DNA of 64,000 nt from an uncultured Syntrophaceae bacterium (GCA_964492965.1 CAZBME010000006.1:5672-69671), one strand, 5' to 3'. Counted from the stretch's first letter, positions 46,583 to 57,705 are shown. Notes: generated by a model from the letters alone, not told the origin. Translations and numbers: made by a program.

Positions 46583-49186
46583 ATGGTCATGGTGTCTTTT
46601 ACCCGAGTGAGTTCCGGTGTTAAGGGCTTGGATGAAATCCTGAGCTATCTGCAGTCGGGTGACAATGTTGTCATGCAGGTGGACGACATAGAGGATTACA
46701 AATCCTTTGTCATTCCTTTTGTCAACACCGCCCTGGAGAATCATGAACGGGTTGTTTATATGCGCTTTGCCCGTCATGCCCCGCTGCTCGAGGCAACGGG
46801 CAAAGTCAAGATTTATAAACTGAACGCCGACACCGGGTTTGAGTCGTTTTCCACGCAGGTTCACAACATTATCCGGCAGGAAGGCCGTGATGTTTTTTAT
46901 GTTTTCGACTGTCTGTCCGATCTTCTCCTGGCTTGGGCGACAGACCTGATGATCGGAAATTTCTTCGTCATCACCTGCCCTTATCTGTTCGAGCTCAATA
47001 CGGTGGCCTATTTTGCCATTCTGAGGAGCCGTCACTCCTTCAAGACCGTTGCCCGGATTCGGGAGACCACCCAAGTCCTTCTGGATATTTACAATTATCA
47101 GGGCAGGATCTGCATCCATCCTTTAAAGGCCTGGCATCGTTATTCGCCCACCATGTTTCTGCCGCATATCAAGGAAGGCAATACCTTTACCCCTATCATG
47201 AGCAGCGTGGACGCGACAAACCTGTTCTCCTTCCTGGGCCAGAAGAGCACGGTCAATGCGGAACGGCATCTGGATTATTGGGATCGCATCTTCCTTCAGG
47301 CCCAGGAAAGCGTTGCCGATGATTCACCGGAAGCCGCCCAGGAAAAGCAGGAGATGGTCGAACAGCTCTCGCGGATACTGATCGGCCGTGAAAAACGGAT
47401 GTTAGCATTGGTCAGAGACTACTTTACTCTGGAGGATCTTCTGGAGATAAAAGACCGGCTGATCGGCACCGGTTTTATCGGCGGCAAGTCCGTGGGTATG
47501 CTCCTGGCGCGGAATATCTTGCGGCAGGACAAATCCCTGGATTGGCAGGTTCATCTTGAGCGCCACGATTCCTACTATATCGGTTCGGATGTTTTTTACT
47601 CCTATATGGTGCAGAATGGCTGGTGGAAGCTGCTCATGTCCCATAAAACCAAAGAGGGATACTTTGAAATTGCCAAGGAATTAAAGAGCAAGATGCTCCG
47701 CGGTTCCTTCCCTATGGAAATCAGGGAACAGTTTCAGCTCATGCTGGAATATTATGGCCAGTCTCCCATCATTGTCCGTTCCAGCAGTCTGCTGGAAGAC
47801 GCTTTCGGCAACGCTTTTGCCGGCAAGTATGAGAGCTATTTTTGTGCCAATCAGGGAACACCGGAACAGAGATTAGAAAATTTTGAAGAGGCTGTACGTC
47901 GTGTCTTTGCCAGCACCATGAACGAAGACGCCCTGACCTACCGCCTCCAGCGGGACCTGGACAGGCAGGACGAGCAGATGGCCCTCCTGATCCAGCGCGT
48001 GTCCGGTTCCTACCGGAAGCATTATTTTTTCCCGGATATTGCCGGTGTGGGTCTCTCTTACAACACCTTCGTCTGGAAGCAGGGCATGGACCCAAAGGCG
48101 GGGATGCTCCGCCTCGTTTTCGGCCTGGGGACGCGGGCGGTAAATCGTGTGGAAAATGATTATCCGCGTATTGTCGCCCTCGATGCACCGCTGGTGAAGG
48201 CCCATTCCGGGTTGAATGACGCCCGTCGCTTTTCCCAGCACGACGTAGACCTCCTTAATCTGGAAGAAAACCGTTTTCAGTCTCTGTCTCTGACCCAGAT
48301 CATTGAGGAGGGCCTGGACACCAAAATGGAACTCTTCGGAATACGCGACCTGGTGTCATCGGAACGAATGCGGGCCATGGGCCGGCCTTCTCAGGATTTC
48401 TGGATTCTTACCTTTGATGAATTCCTGGCGGCGACGGACTTTCCCCAGACCATGTCCGCCATGCTCAAGGCCCTCGAAACGGTCTACCAGTATCCTGTTG
48501 ACATTGAATTTACAGGTAATTTCAATCTGGATGGGAAGTTGCAGATCAACCTCCTCCAGTGCCGTCCCTTCCAAACGAAAGGGCAGAATGTTCGGGTCGC
48601 CATTCCGGAGAAAATTCCGGCGGATCATATCCTGCTCAGGCAGGAAGGGAATTTCATGGGGGGGAGCGTTTCCCAGCCCATATCCAGAATCATCTATATC
48701 GATCCCCTGAGCTACACAAAACTGTCCCTTTCAGAAAAGTATGATGTCGCACGCATCGTGGGTCGCTTGAACAAGTTGATCGAAAGCCGCAGCGATGTGC
48801 CGACCCTTCTTTTGGGACCGGGTCGATGGGGAACGACGACGCCGGCCATGGGGGTGCCCATCACTTTCTCAGAGATCAACAATATCTCGATTATCGCGGA
48901 AATCGCCTACAAGGACGGCAGCCTGATTCCCGATCTGTCTTTCGGGACCCACTTCTTCCAGGATCTCGTCGAGATGGATGTTTTCTATATGGCCATTTAT
49001 CCCGACCGGGATCATGTCTTTTTCAACACGCCCTGGATGGAGGCACGTCCCAACATCATGGCGGCTCTGTCGCCCCGGGACAGCAACTACGCCGCCGCGG
49101 TGCGCGTTTATGACGTGACAAATGAAGGCTTGAGGCTTTTGTCGGATGTGGTGACGCAGAAGTTGATCTGTTTCAAGCAGTCATAG
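46583..49186 (+). CDS. PEP/pyruvate-binding (PPDK_N, ATP-grasp) domain protein with an N-terminal degenerate KaiC/RecA-like domain
   Basis: 867 aa. The N-terminus SSGVKGLDEILSYLQSGDNVVMQVDDIEDYKS resembles the KaiC/RadA GLDE..L..G motif, but the Walker-A GxxGxGKT/S position reads VDDIEDYKS. The middle region has GGKSVGMLLA...VRSSSLLEDAFGNAFAGKYES, typical of the PPDK/PEP-synthase nucleotide-binding domain. I saw no phosphohistidine swivel or TIM-barrel PEP domain. Confidence 0.7.
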   Translation: MVMVSFTRVSSGVKGLDEILSYLQSGDNVVMQVDDIEDYKSFVIPFVNTALENHERVVYMRFARHAPLLEATGKVKIYKLNADTGFESFSTQVHNIIRQEGRDVFYVFDCLSDLLLAWATDLMIGNFFVITCPYLFELNTVAYFAILRSRHSFKTVARIRETTQVLLDIYNYQGRICIHPLKAWHRYSPTMFLPHIKEGNTFTPIMSSVDATNLFSFLGQKSTVNAERHLDYWDRIFLQAQESVADDSPEAAQEKQEMVEQLSRILIGREKRMLALVRDYFTLEDLLEIKDRLIGTGFIGGKSVGMLLARNILRQDKSLDWQVHLERHDSYYIGSDVFYSYMVQNGWWKLLMSHKTKEGYFEIAKELKSKMLRGSFPMEIREQFQLMLEYYGQSPIIVRSSSLLEDAFGNAFAGKYESYFCANQGTPEQRLENFEEAVRRVFASTMNEDALTYRLQRDLDRQDEQMALLIQRVSGSYRKHYFFPDIAGVGLSYNTFVWKQGMDPKAGMLRLVFGLGTRAVNRVENDYPRIVALDAPLVKAHSGLNDARRFSQHDVDLLNLEENRFQSLSLTQIIEEGLDTKMELFGIRDLVSSERMRAMGRPSQDFWILTFDEFLAATDFPQTMSAMLKALETVYQYPVDIEFTGNFNLDGKLQINLLQCRPFQTKGQNVRVAIPEKIPADHILLRQEGNFMGGSVSQPISRIIYIDPLSYTKLSLSEKYDVARIVGRLNKLIESRSDVPTLLLGPGRWGTTTPAMGVPITFSEINNISIIAEIAYKDGSLIPDLSFGTHFFQDLVEMDVFYMAIYPDRDHVFFNTPWMEARPNIMAALSPRDSNYAAAVRVYDVTNEGLRLLSDVVTQKLICFKQS

Positions 49187-49269
49187 TCACGCTATTCCCG
49201 ATTCACCGCTTGTATGTATCCTTATTATTTTCTTCTTCCTGGCGGGTTGATGATCAAAGAGCTGAGAAG

Positions 49270-49323
49270 CCTCCCGGCTTCCTTCTCCTTGAAAGCGGAA
49301 CCTCGGAGAAGGAAGCCGGGAGG
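49270..49323. terminator. Perfect 18-bp-stem hairpin between convergent genes (bidirectional terminator/stabiliser candidate, no T-tract)
   Basis: CCTCCCGGCTTCCTTCTC (49270-49287) is the exact reverse complement of GAGAAGGAAGCCGGGAGG (49306-49323), with an 18-nt loop. Confidence 0.45.
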
Positions 49324-49336
49324 AAGGTGTCATGGG

Positions 49337-50719
<1,383 letters not shown>

Positions 50720-50740
50720 TTATTCTTACATGTAGTTTAT

Positions 50741-51772
50741 TCATACATGGGCAGAACTGAATTGGTCCAATACCAGATCGAACGGTAAAAGGTTGCCGTA
50801 TTCCATGACCGACGACATCCCCCGATTATCCACATCCATGCCCAGTTCCTGAACATAGGCGGAAGGATTGAGGCCGCCGATGAGGATAATGCCGATTTTA
50901 TTGATATCCACAGGAAACTGGCAGACGGGCTCGCTGATCTCGCCTGTCTTGAGGACGCCGTTAATGCCTGCCGCCTGCAGTTTTTCCAGTAGGGCTCTCG
51001 TCAGGGGATAGCAGGGCGCAGGGATTTCGCGGAAATTGGCCAGAATCATGCCTTCACCGCTTTCCACGGCCTGGCCGACAGAGGTCATCTTGCCCCGGAT
51101 GAAGATCTCCGAGGGATCAAGGGATGAACCGGAATAATAAATGAGCTCACCGAACCGCAAGGCTTGCCGGTGTTTTACCTGCAGAATGCCTCCGAACTTG
51201 GAATCCATAGGAATGCCGTTTTTCAGGAGAACGCCGTTGACGACAATGCTGCAGATCGTCGCCAATCCCATCTTGCCTTCGGGTACGATAATGGATCCCA
51301 GGCGCTCGCCTTCTCCGGCCACGGCCACAAGGTTGCTTACGGCAAATCCGGCATTAAAAACGGGCCGCATGAACTTCAGAACGGCGGGGAATGTGGCCTT
51401 GCGGAAAAAGGAGAGGTTCACCGGCACGAGTCCCTGCCGTGTTTCAGGGTTGAACGTTGTTTGGTAAGCCAGAACCTCAATGCGTGAGATGGCCAGGCCC
51501 ACCTTGTCCCGGACCCGGGCCTTGCTTAGTTCATCAAGGCCCCTGTCCGTAATGACTCGCCCGTCCTTCTGGCCGATCAACCTTGTCAGTCCCCGTTCGT
51601 CCATCAGTTTCAAGTGATAACGAATGGCCCTTTCGCTCGGCATGACGCCCATCTCCTGCATGCGGCGGGCGATAAGTCGCGACCCGATGGGTCCCTGCAC
51701 CTCGGAAAGGGCGCGCAAAATCATGAGGGTTTTGCGTTCGATATCTTCGTGATTGGTAAAAACTGAAACCAT
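50741..51772 (-). CDS. nrpR: NrpR-family nitrogen repressor homologue (winged HTH plus one NrpR/DUF128 regulatory domain)
   Basis: Part of track ORF 50741..51778. I prefer ATG 51772 (RBS AAAGGATGG). The N-terminus ILRALSEVQGPIGSRLIARRMQEMGVMPSERAIRYHLKLMDERGLTRLIGQKDGRVITDRG resembles the methanogen NrpR wHTH (ERAxRYHLKxxDExGLT) as I remember it. The roughly 340-aa size fits the HTH plus single-domain type. Confidence 0.7.
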   Translation of the reverse strand: MVSVFTNHEDIERKTLMILRALSEVQGPIGSRLIARRMQEMGVMPSERAIRYHLKLMDERGLTRLIGQKDGRVITDRGLDELSKARVRDKVGLAISRIEVLAYQTTFNPETRQGLVPVNLSFFRKATFPAVLKFMRPVFNAGFAVSNLVAVAGEGERLGSIIVPEGKMGLATICSIVVNGVLLKNGIPMDSKFGGILQVKHRQALRFGELIYYSGSSLDPSEIFIRGKMTSVGQAVESGEGMILANFREIPAPCYPLTRALLEKLQAAGINGVLKTGEISEPVCQFPVDINKIGIILIGGLNPSAYVQELGMDVDNRGMSSVMEYGNLLPFDLVLDQFSSAHV

Positions 51773-51798
51773 CGGCAATAGGCCATCCTTTGCCGATT

Positions 51799-51827
51799 GA
51801 TTTATACATAAATGTGCCGCCTGTCAA
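51799..51827 (-). promoter_or_regulatory. Sigma-70-type promoter candidate for nrpR
   Basis: On the minus strand, TTGACA (51827-51822) is followed by 17 nt and TAAATC (51804-51799). This would give a very short leader, and the -10 element is poor. Confidence 0.3.
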
Positions 51828-51864
51828 TATAAAAAATCGTATATTATCAAAAAAATTAAATAGA

Positions 51865-51909
51865 TGGACCATTTTTGGCCTTTGCGTTCCGAAACGGTAA
51901 AATGGTCCA
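51865..51909. repeat. Perfect 11-bp inverted repeat TGGACCATTTT / AAAATGGTCCA with a 23-bp spacer
   Basis: The arms are at 51865-51875 and 51899-51909, read directly, in the nrpR / histidine-kinase divergent region. Each arm contains an ATGG(A/T)CCA(T/A) near-palindrome. Confidence 0.6.
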
Positions 51910-52154
51910 AATTTGTATCAAAGCGATATTTTTCTTAAATAATCGGCAAAAATTGAGGGCTCTTGAAATGTGGCTCCATTTGAAACTATAAAATATCTCC
52001 AATAATACTTGGGCCTGATTCGGCTGGAAAGATTAAATATAAATTTGCTGTTTCTTTAACTATGCCGATCAGTAACCTGCCTGTTTTTTTGAATCCGCCG
52101 GCAAAACATGTTATAAGAGAATGTACGGGGAAAGGTGAGCTTGTGGGAGGCGAG

Positions 52155-54848
52155 ATGACGCATGAAGGGTTGACCGCCAGGGTAAGCGCCCTGGAAAAAG
52201 AGATCGAAAAAATCCGTGCGGAAAGAGATGCTTTCTGCGCAGACGTAAAAATATATGAGAACCTCCTGGATATTGCCCAAGGGGCCATCACCATCACCCG
52301 CCTGGAAGACGGCGTTCTCCGTTTTGTCAACGATACCTTCTGTCGAAGAACGGGCTACCGCCGCGAGGAGGTTCTGGGGAGGAGATCTCGGGATCTCAAT
52401 ATATTTGCCGATCCCGCCGAACGGGACCGCCTTTTCGCAGTTTTTATGTCCGAGGGGAAGCTGGAAGGCGTTGAGGTAAAATACCGGGCCAAGGACGGCA
52501 GTATTCTGGAATCGCTTATTTCCGCCGCTCCGATACGCTTCCATGATGAAGACTGTATCATGCTCTCCAGTATATTGATTAATAAACAAAAAATGATCCA
52601 GCGTGAACTTCAGGAGCGGGAGGAGCAATATCGGCTCCTGGTCGAAACGGCCAATGAAGGGATCGTCATCATCCAGGATGGCATCTTCCGCTTTACCAAC
52701 GCCAAATTTCAGCAACTCCTCCAATATTCCGAGGCGGAAATGCTTGGCCTTCCCCTTGCCGATGTTGTCTATCCCGACGATCGTGATCTTGTCGTTGCCC
52801 GTCAGCGGCAGCGCCAGATGGGTGAAAAACCGCCGGATGTCTACGAATTACGTCTCTTGGATCGCACCGGGCGTGTTGTCTGGATGGAAACACGCACGGT
52901 TATGATTAACTGGCAAGGCGGCCGTGCGACATTGAGTATGTTGGCCGATATGACGGAGCGAAAGAGGTATGAGGAGGAACTCCGCCAGAGCGAAGAGAGC
53001 TACCGGAATATCATGGCGCTGGCCCCTGATGTGATTTCGATCAGTCGTCTCGAAGATGGGCGTTACAAGGAGATAAACAGTGCCTTCACCGAGCTGACCG
53101 GTTACACGGCAGCCGAGGCGATCGGCCGAACCGTCATGGAACTGGATCTCTATGCCAATCCGGATGATAGGAAGCGAATTGTTGATGCCATTCGTGAACA
53201 TGGACAGGCGGAAGGCTTAGAGGTTGATTTCAGAAATAAGCAAGGTACTCTTATTCATGGCCTCGTTTCCGCCCGGCCGATCCGCTTTCAGGGAGAGCCT
53301 TGCATAATGGTGATGGTGACGAATATCACTTTTCTCAAAAAGGCACGGCAGGCCCTTCAACAGAGCGAGGAAACCTATCGGCTTCTGGTCGAGAATGCCT
53401 ACGAGGGGACTTATATTACCAGGAATGGCGCGCTGACGTTTGCCAATGCCAGAATGACGGAGATCACGGGATACAAAACGGAGGAACTGGCGGAGATCTC
53501 GTTTGACGCGCTGGTTCATCCCGAAGACCGGCAAGAGGTTATCTTATGGCTGGGCGTGGCGGAGGATGGAAAGGCATCGGAGCCTCTCTCCTTCCGTTTG
53601 ATCAATCGGGACAGCGATGTGCGATGGGTCGAATTGAACACCGTACCGATCACATGGGAAGGAAATCCGGCCGTTCTGCATTTTCTCCGGGACATGAGCC
53701 TGCAAAAGAAAATGGAGAGCCAGCTTATTCAGGCCGGGAAAATGGAGGCCCTGGGCACGCTTGCCGGAGGCATTGCCCATAACTTCAATAACATGCTCAT
53801 GGGTATTCAGGGACATATTTCCCTGATGCTGCTCGATATGAACGCCGGCCATCCGGACCGTGAAAAACTAAGCCGGATCGAAACGATCATCAAGGATGCC
53901 GCGGTATTGACGAAAGAGCTCCTCGGCCTTGCCCGGGGCGGGAAATATGAGGTCAAAGCCACAGATCTCAATCGTCTGGCAACGGAGAGCGCCAATCTAT
54001 TCGGGCGGACCCGGAAAGAAATCCGTGTCCACCTGTCCCTGCAACCCGATCTCCGGACGGTCGAAGTCGATCAAAGCCAGGTTGAACAAGTGCTCTTGAA
54101 TCTTTTCGTGAATGCCTCCCAGGCCATGCCCGACGGCGGCGATCTTCATATAGAAACGGGCAATATTAACCTGGACAGCTATTATGTTGCGCCCTACGGC
54201 ATTTTACCGGGACGATTTGTCCGCCTTACCATAACGGATACCGGAATCGGTATGGATGGGGAAACCATGAAGCGGATTTTTGATCCCTTCTTCACGACCA
54301 AGGAAATAGGTAAGGGCACCGGCCTGGGATTGGCGTCGGCTTATGGCATCATCCGGAATCACAATGGCATCATCAATGTTTACAGTGAAAAAGGCAAGGG
54401 CGCGACCTTCAATATCTACCTTCCCGCATCAGACAAGCAGGTTAAGGAGGAAAAGCTGTTCCTGGGCGAGATCATGACCGGGCTGGAAACGATCCTTCTG
54501 GTTGACGATGAGAAGGCAATTCTCCTCGTCGGCAAAGAGATCCTGGAGCGGTTGGGTTATAAAGTCCTTACCGCAGCCGGCGGTGAGGAGGCCGTTGAAA
54601 TATTCCGCCGGGAAGGTGGCCGGATTGCCATGATCATCCTGGATATGATCATGCCCGACCTAAGCGGGGGGGATACCTTCGCCCGGCTGCAGGGCATCGA
54701 TCCCGATGTCAGGGTTCTTCTCTCCAGCGGCTACAGCCTCAACGGGCAGGCGAAAAAAATCATGGAACGGGGATGCCGGGGCTTCATTCAGAAGCCCTAC
54801 AGCCTGTCGGACCTGTCCCGGAAGTTACGGGAGGTTCTGGACGCATAA
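52155..54848 (+). CDS. Multi-PAS hybrid sensor histidine kinase / response-regulator receiver
   Basis: Part of track ORF 52062..54848. I prefer ATG 52155 (GGGAGG 6 nt upstream). It has a coiled-coil leader, about four PAS repeats, HisKA ([13 protein letters not shown]), HATPase (DTGIGM...GTGLGL) and a C-terminal REC domain ([12 protein letters not shown]...[11 protein letters not shown]). Confidence 0.85.
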   Translation: MTHEGLTARVSALEKEIEKIRAERDAFCADVKIYENLLDIAQGAITITRLEDGVLRFVNDTFCRRTGYRREEVLGRRSRDLNIFADPAERDRLFAVFMSEGKLEGVEVKYRAKDGSILESLISAAPIRFHDEDCIMLSSILINKQKMIQRELQEREEQYRLLVETANEGIVIIQDGIFRFTNAKFQQLLQYSEAEMLGLPLADVVYPDDRDLVVARQRQRQMGEKPPDVYELRLLDRTGRVVWMETRTVMINWQGGRATLSMLADMTERKRYEEELRQSEESYRNIMALAPDVISISRLEDGRYKEINSAFTELTGYTAAEAIGRTVMELDLYANPDDRKRIVDAIREHGQAEGLEVDFRNKQGTLIHGLVSARPIRFQGEPCIMVMVTNITFLKKARQALQQSEETYRLLVENAYEGTYITRNGALTFANARMTEITGYKTEELAEISFDALVHPEDRQEVILWLGVAEDGKASEPLSFRLINRDSDVRWVELNTVPITWEGNPAVLHFLRDMSLQKKMESQLIQAGKMEALGTLAGGIAHNFNNMLMGIQGHISLMLLDMNAGHPDREKLSRIETIIKDAAVLTKELLGLARGGKYEVKATDLNRLATESANLFGRTRKEIRVHLSLQPDLRTVEVDQSQVEQVLLNLFVNASQAMPDGGDLHIETGNINLDSYYVAPYGILPGRFVRLTITDTGIGMDGETMKRIFDPFFTTKEIGKGTGLGLASAYGIIRNHNGIINVYSEKGKGATFNIYLPASDKQVKEEKLFLGEIMTGLETILLVDDEKAILLVGKEILERLGYKVLTAAGGEEAVEIFRREGGRIAMIILDMIMPDLSGGDTFARLQGIDPDVRVLLSSGYSLNGQAKKIMERGCRGFIQKPYSLSDLSRKLREVLDA

Positions 54849-54855
54849 CCTTTCT

Positions 54856-57705
54856 TTACTCGTACATCTCCATCAGCAACTCCAGAATCTTCTGCTGGTT
54901 GGGCGAGGTCGGGTCCGTCGCCATATTGACGGCGTCCCGGGTCGTGTAGAAGGCGATTTCCTTCAGCGCCTCCTTGGGGATGCCGTGGGCCTTCAGGCTG
55001 AGCGGGATTTCCAATTCCCGGTAAAGATACAGAAGGCTTTCCTCAAGATCGTTCGAACGATTGATGAGGTAGGCCATATCCATGAAAGCTTCCTTGCAGG
55101 TTTCCTTGTTGGCTTTGACAAAACCTAAAAGCCCGAAGATGGCCGCCCGGCCGTGAGGCAGGTGGTAATGGGCGCCCAGGGTATGGGTCAGGGCGTGTCC
55201 GATGCCCAGTCCTTTGAGGAAGGCCAGTCCGCCGCACATGGCTGCCATGCACAGGTCGGTCCGGGCCTGGATGTTGTTCCCGTCTTTATAGGCCGGGATC
55301 AGGCTTCGGCCGATGAGCTTCACGCCGTAGAGGGCCATGGATTCGAAATAGGGGTGATAGGGCGTGGCCAGGGAAACGTAGCCTTCGATGCAGTGGGCCA
55401 GGGCGTCTATCCCCGAGTCGATGGTCAGGCCGGGGGGCATGGTCTTGCAGAAGTGGGGGTCCACCACGGCGAGCTTGGGGATGAAATGGTTGCTCATCAG
55501 AATGAATTTCAAGTCCCGTTCTTTGTCGGTCAGCACGGCGCAGGGGTTGACCTCGCTTCCCGTTCCCGAGGTGGTGGGGATGCAGATAATGGGAGGAAAT
55601 ATCGGTTTGATCTTGCCGCCGCCGCCGACGAGGCCTTCGTACTCCCGCAGGTCGCCGCTGTGGGTGACCCGCAGCCCAAGCGTCTTGGCCGTATCCAGGG
55701 AACTGCCGCCGCCTAGGCCCACAATGCCGTCACAGCCGTTTTCCTTGTAAAGCTTGCCTGCCCGTTCAATTAATTCAATGGGCGGATCGGGTTCCACGTC
55801 GGGGAAAATGACCGTTTCTATGCCGCTCTTCTCCAGGATCCGGCGGACCTCTTCGGCCCGGCCGCTTTTGAACAGGAAAGGATCAGTGACGAGGAAAGCC
55901 TTGGAAACATTCAGTTGCTTGATCCGTGGGCCCATGGTCTGAGCAACCCCGGCGCCCAGCATGACATCGGGCAGGGGAGGGATGCGGACTTCCCAGACCT
56001 TTTCTTTTTCCCTGAATGAATCCAGGCCGCTCCAGAGGTTCCGGACTTCGTTTTCATCCACGTCAAAGACGGCGTCCGTCGGCTTGATCGTTTCTTCCCG
56101 AACAAAGGCCGGCATGTCCAGATCCATCTTGCTGAATTCGGCCTTTTCGTTGAAGGCCAACTGGTCCCGAAGGGTCTGCTTGCCGACTTCCATAACATCT
56201 TCGGGGGTCATATGGAGCCCGAAGCGGGCATTCATCAGATCGGCAAAGAAGGGGTAAACGGATTTGCCTCCGGGTACGGAATTGAGGCAGTAGCCGAAGG
56301 CATCGCAGGCGGCCGACTGGATCTGTGATTTCAGTGAGTTCTCCGTCTGTTTGTTCTTGTCTTTGGGTAAGCGGTAGGTCAGTCCCGCCGTATGATCCGC
56401 TCCCATGGGACTTGTAAAATAGGTCATGCCGGTTCCTTTGACCGACCGCGGATCGTGGGCTGGCAAGGCTTGTCCTTTGAAGGCGGGCACCCGCTTAACG
56501 CCCAAATGCCGGGCGGTGGCAACGACGCCATTACCAAGGGCGACGCCCAGAGGTGTTTCCTTTTCGATTTCTTCCAGAAGGCGCATGGCCGCTTCCCCAT
56601 CACCCCAGGCCATTTCCCCCGCCTCCGCCGCAACGCCCAGAGCGCTGCCTGCTTCAACGCCGTCCACACCAAGGTCGTCGCACATGAATTTGAGCCGGGC
56701 TATGGCATCGTTGTCGGTGATGCCCAAGTTGGTGCCCAAAAGGGCTATCAATTCATATTCATAGGCACCACAGATCTTCTTGCCGTCTTTATCGGGGTAG
56801 ATAATGGAACACTGGACGAGGCATCCGGGCATGCAGCCGTGCATCTTGCCTCCCCGGTCGTAGAGGATTTTCTGAATGGCGTTGCCGCTGACGGCGATGA
56901 AGTTTTCCGGCCGACCGGAACGATAGTTGTTTGCGGGCAGAGTCCCATGGCTGGCCGAGTTGTTGATCGCAAAAGGGGTGCCGAATCGTGAGAAAAGGCT
57001 GCAACTGATGTCATGTTTGAGGACATTTGCCCAGGCCCTGACAATTTTTCTGAAGGCTTCCGGATCGGCAATGTCGGCCTGATCGGCCTGCGCGGGATCG
57101 AGAATGATCGCTTTGAGCCCCTTCGACCCCATGACGGCGCCGAGTCCGCCGCGGGCGGCGTTGCGCGAAGGATCGCCGAAGATGTCCGTCAGGGAAACAG
57201 AGGCGCCTTTATATTGTCGTTCTCCCGCTACGCCTGTAGAGATGACGGCAATCTTGTCCCCGAATTTCTTCTGCAGCGAAGAGACCAGCTCATAGTTCTT
57301 CATCCCCCGGTATTCATCGGCGGCAATAAGTTCAGCCTTGTCTTTGGAAACCAGCAAGCAATAGGATTGCTTGTTCTGGGCGATGCCCTGCACAATAATG
57401 GCGCGAATACCCAGACGGTCGAGGATCTGACCGGCAGGCCCCCCCGAATTGGCCTCCTTGATGCCCATGGTGAGGGGGCTTTTAGCGCCTACGGAGATTC
57501 GGCCCAGTTGCGGGGCTCTGGTCCCTGCCAGAGGACCGCAGGCTACGATCAAGTGGTTTTCCGGACCCAGGGGATCCGCCATGGGCGGTACCTCCTGGGT
57601 CATGATCTTGGCGAGCAGGGCGCTGCCTCCTAGGTATTTCCACTGCTCCGGCAGATTTTCAAATGTGATTTTTTCATCCCCCAGCATGACCCTTAAAATT
57701 TTCAT
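54856..57705 (-). CDS. Fusion protein: tungsten/molybdopterin aldehyde:ferredoxin oxidoreductase (AOR family, about residues 1-570) plus iron-containing alcohol dehydrogenase (about residues 590-949)
   Basis: A single uninterrupted 949-aa ORF, with RBS GGGAGGGG. The AOR part has LGGSALLAKIM...GPLAGTRAPQLGRISVGAKSPL, a Cys cluster HGCMPGCLVQC, SPMGADHTAGL and ACDAFGYCLNS. The ADH part has GLGGGSSLDTAK, PTTSGTGSE, DALAHCIE and GHALTHTLGAHYHLPHG. Confidence 0.85.
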   Translation of the reverse strand: MKILRVMLGDEKITFENLPEQWKYLGGSALLAKIMTQEVPPMADPLGPENHLIVACGPLAGTRAPQLGRISVGAKSPLTMGIKEANSGGPAGQILDRLGIRAIIVQGIAQNKQSYCLLVSKDKAELIAADEYRGMKNYELVSSLQKKFGDKIAVISTGVAGERQYKGASVSLTDIFGDPSRNAARGGLGAVMGSKGLKAIILDPAQADQADIADPEAFRKIVRAWANVLKHDISCSLFSRFGTPFAINNSASHGTLPANNYRSGRPENFIAVSGNAIQKILYDRGGKMHGCMPGCLVQCSIIYPDKDGKKICGAYEYELIALLGTNLGITDNDAIARLKFMCDDLGVDGVEAGSALGVAAEAGEMAWGDGEAAMRLLEEIEKETPLGVALGNGVVATARHLGVKRVPAFKGQALPAHDPRSVKGTGMTYFTSPMGADHTAGLTYRLPKDKNKQTENSLKSQIQSAACDAFGYCLNSVPGGKSVYPFFADLMNARFGLHMTPEDVMEVGKQTLRDQLAFNEKAEFSKMDLDMPAFVREETIKPTDAVFDVDENEVRNLWSGLDSFREKEKVWEVRIPPLPDVMLGAGVAQTMGPRIKQLNVSKAFLVTDPFLFKSGRAEEVRRILEKSGIETVIFPDVEPDPPIELIERAGKLYKENGCDGIVGLGGGSSLDTAKTLGLRVTHSGDLREYEGLVGGGGKIKPIFPPIICIPTTSGTGSEVNPCAVLTDKERDLKFILMSNHFIPKLAVVDPHFCKTMPPGLTIDSGIDALAHCIEGYVSLATPYHPYFESMALYGVKLIGRSLIPAYKDGNNIQARTDLCMAAMCGGLAFLKGLGIGHALTHTLGAHYHLPHGRAAIFGLLGFVKANKETCKEAFMDMAYLINRSNDLEESLLYLYRELEIPLSLKAHGIPKEALKEIAFYTTRDAVNMATDPTSPNQQKILELLMEMYE

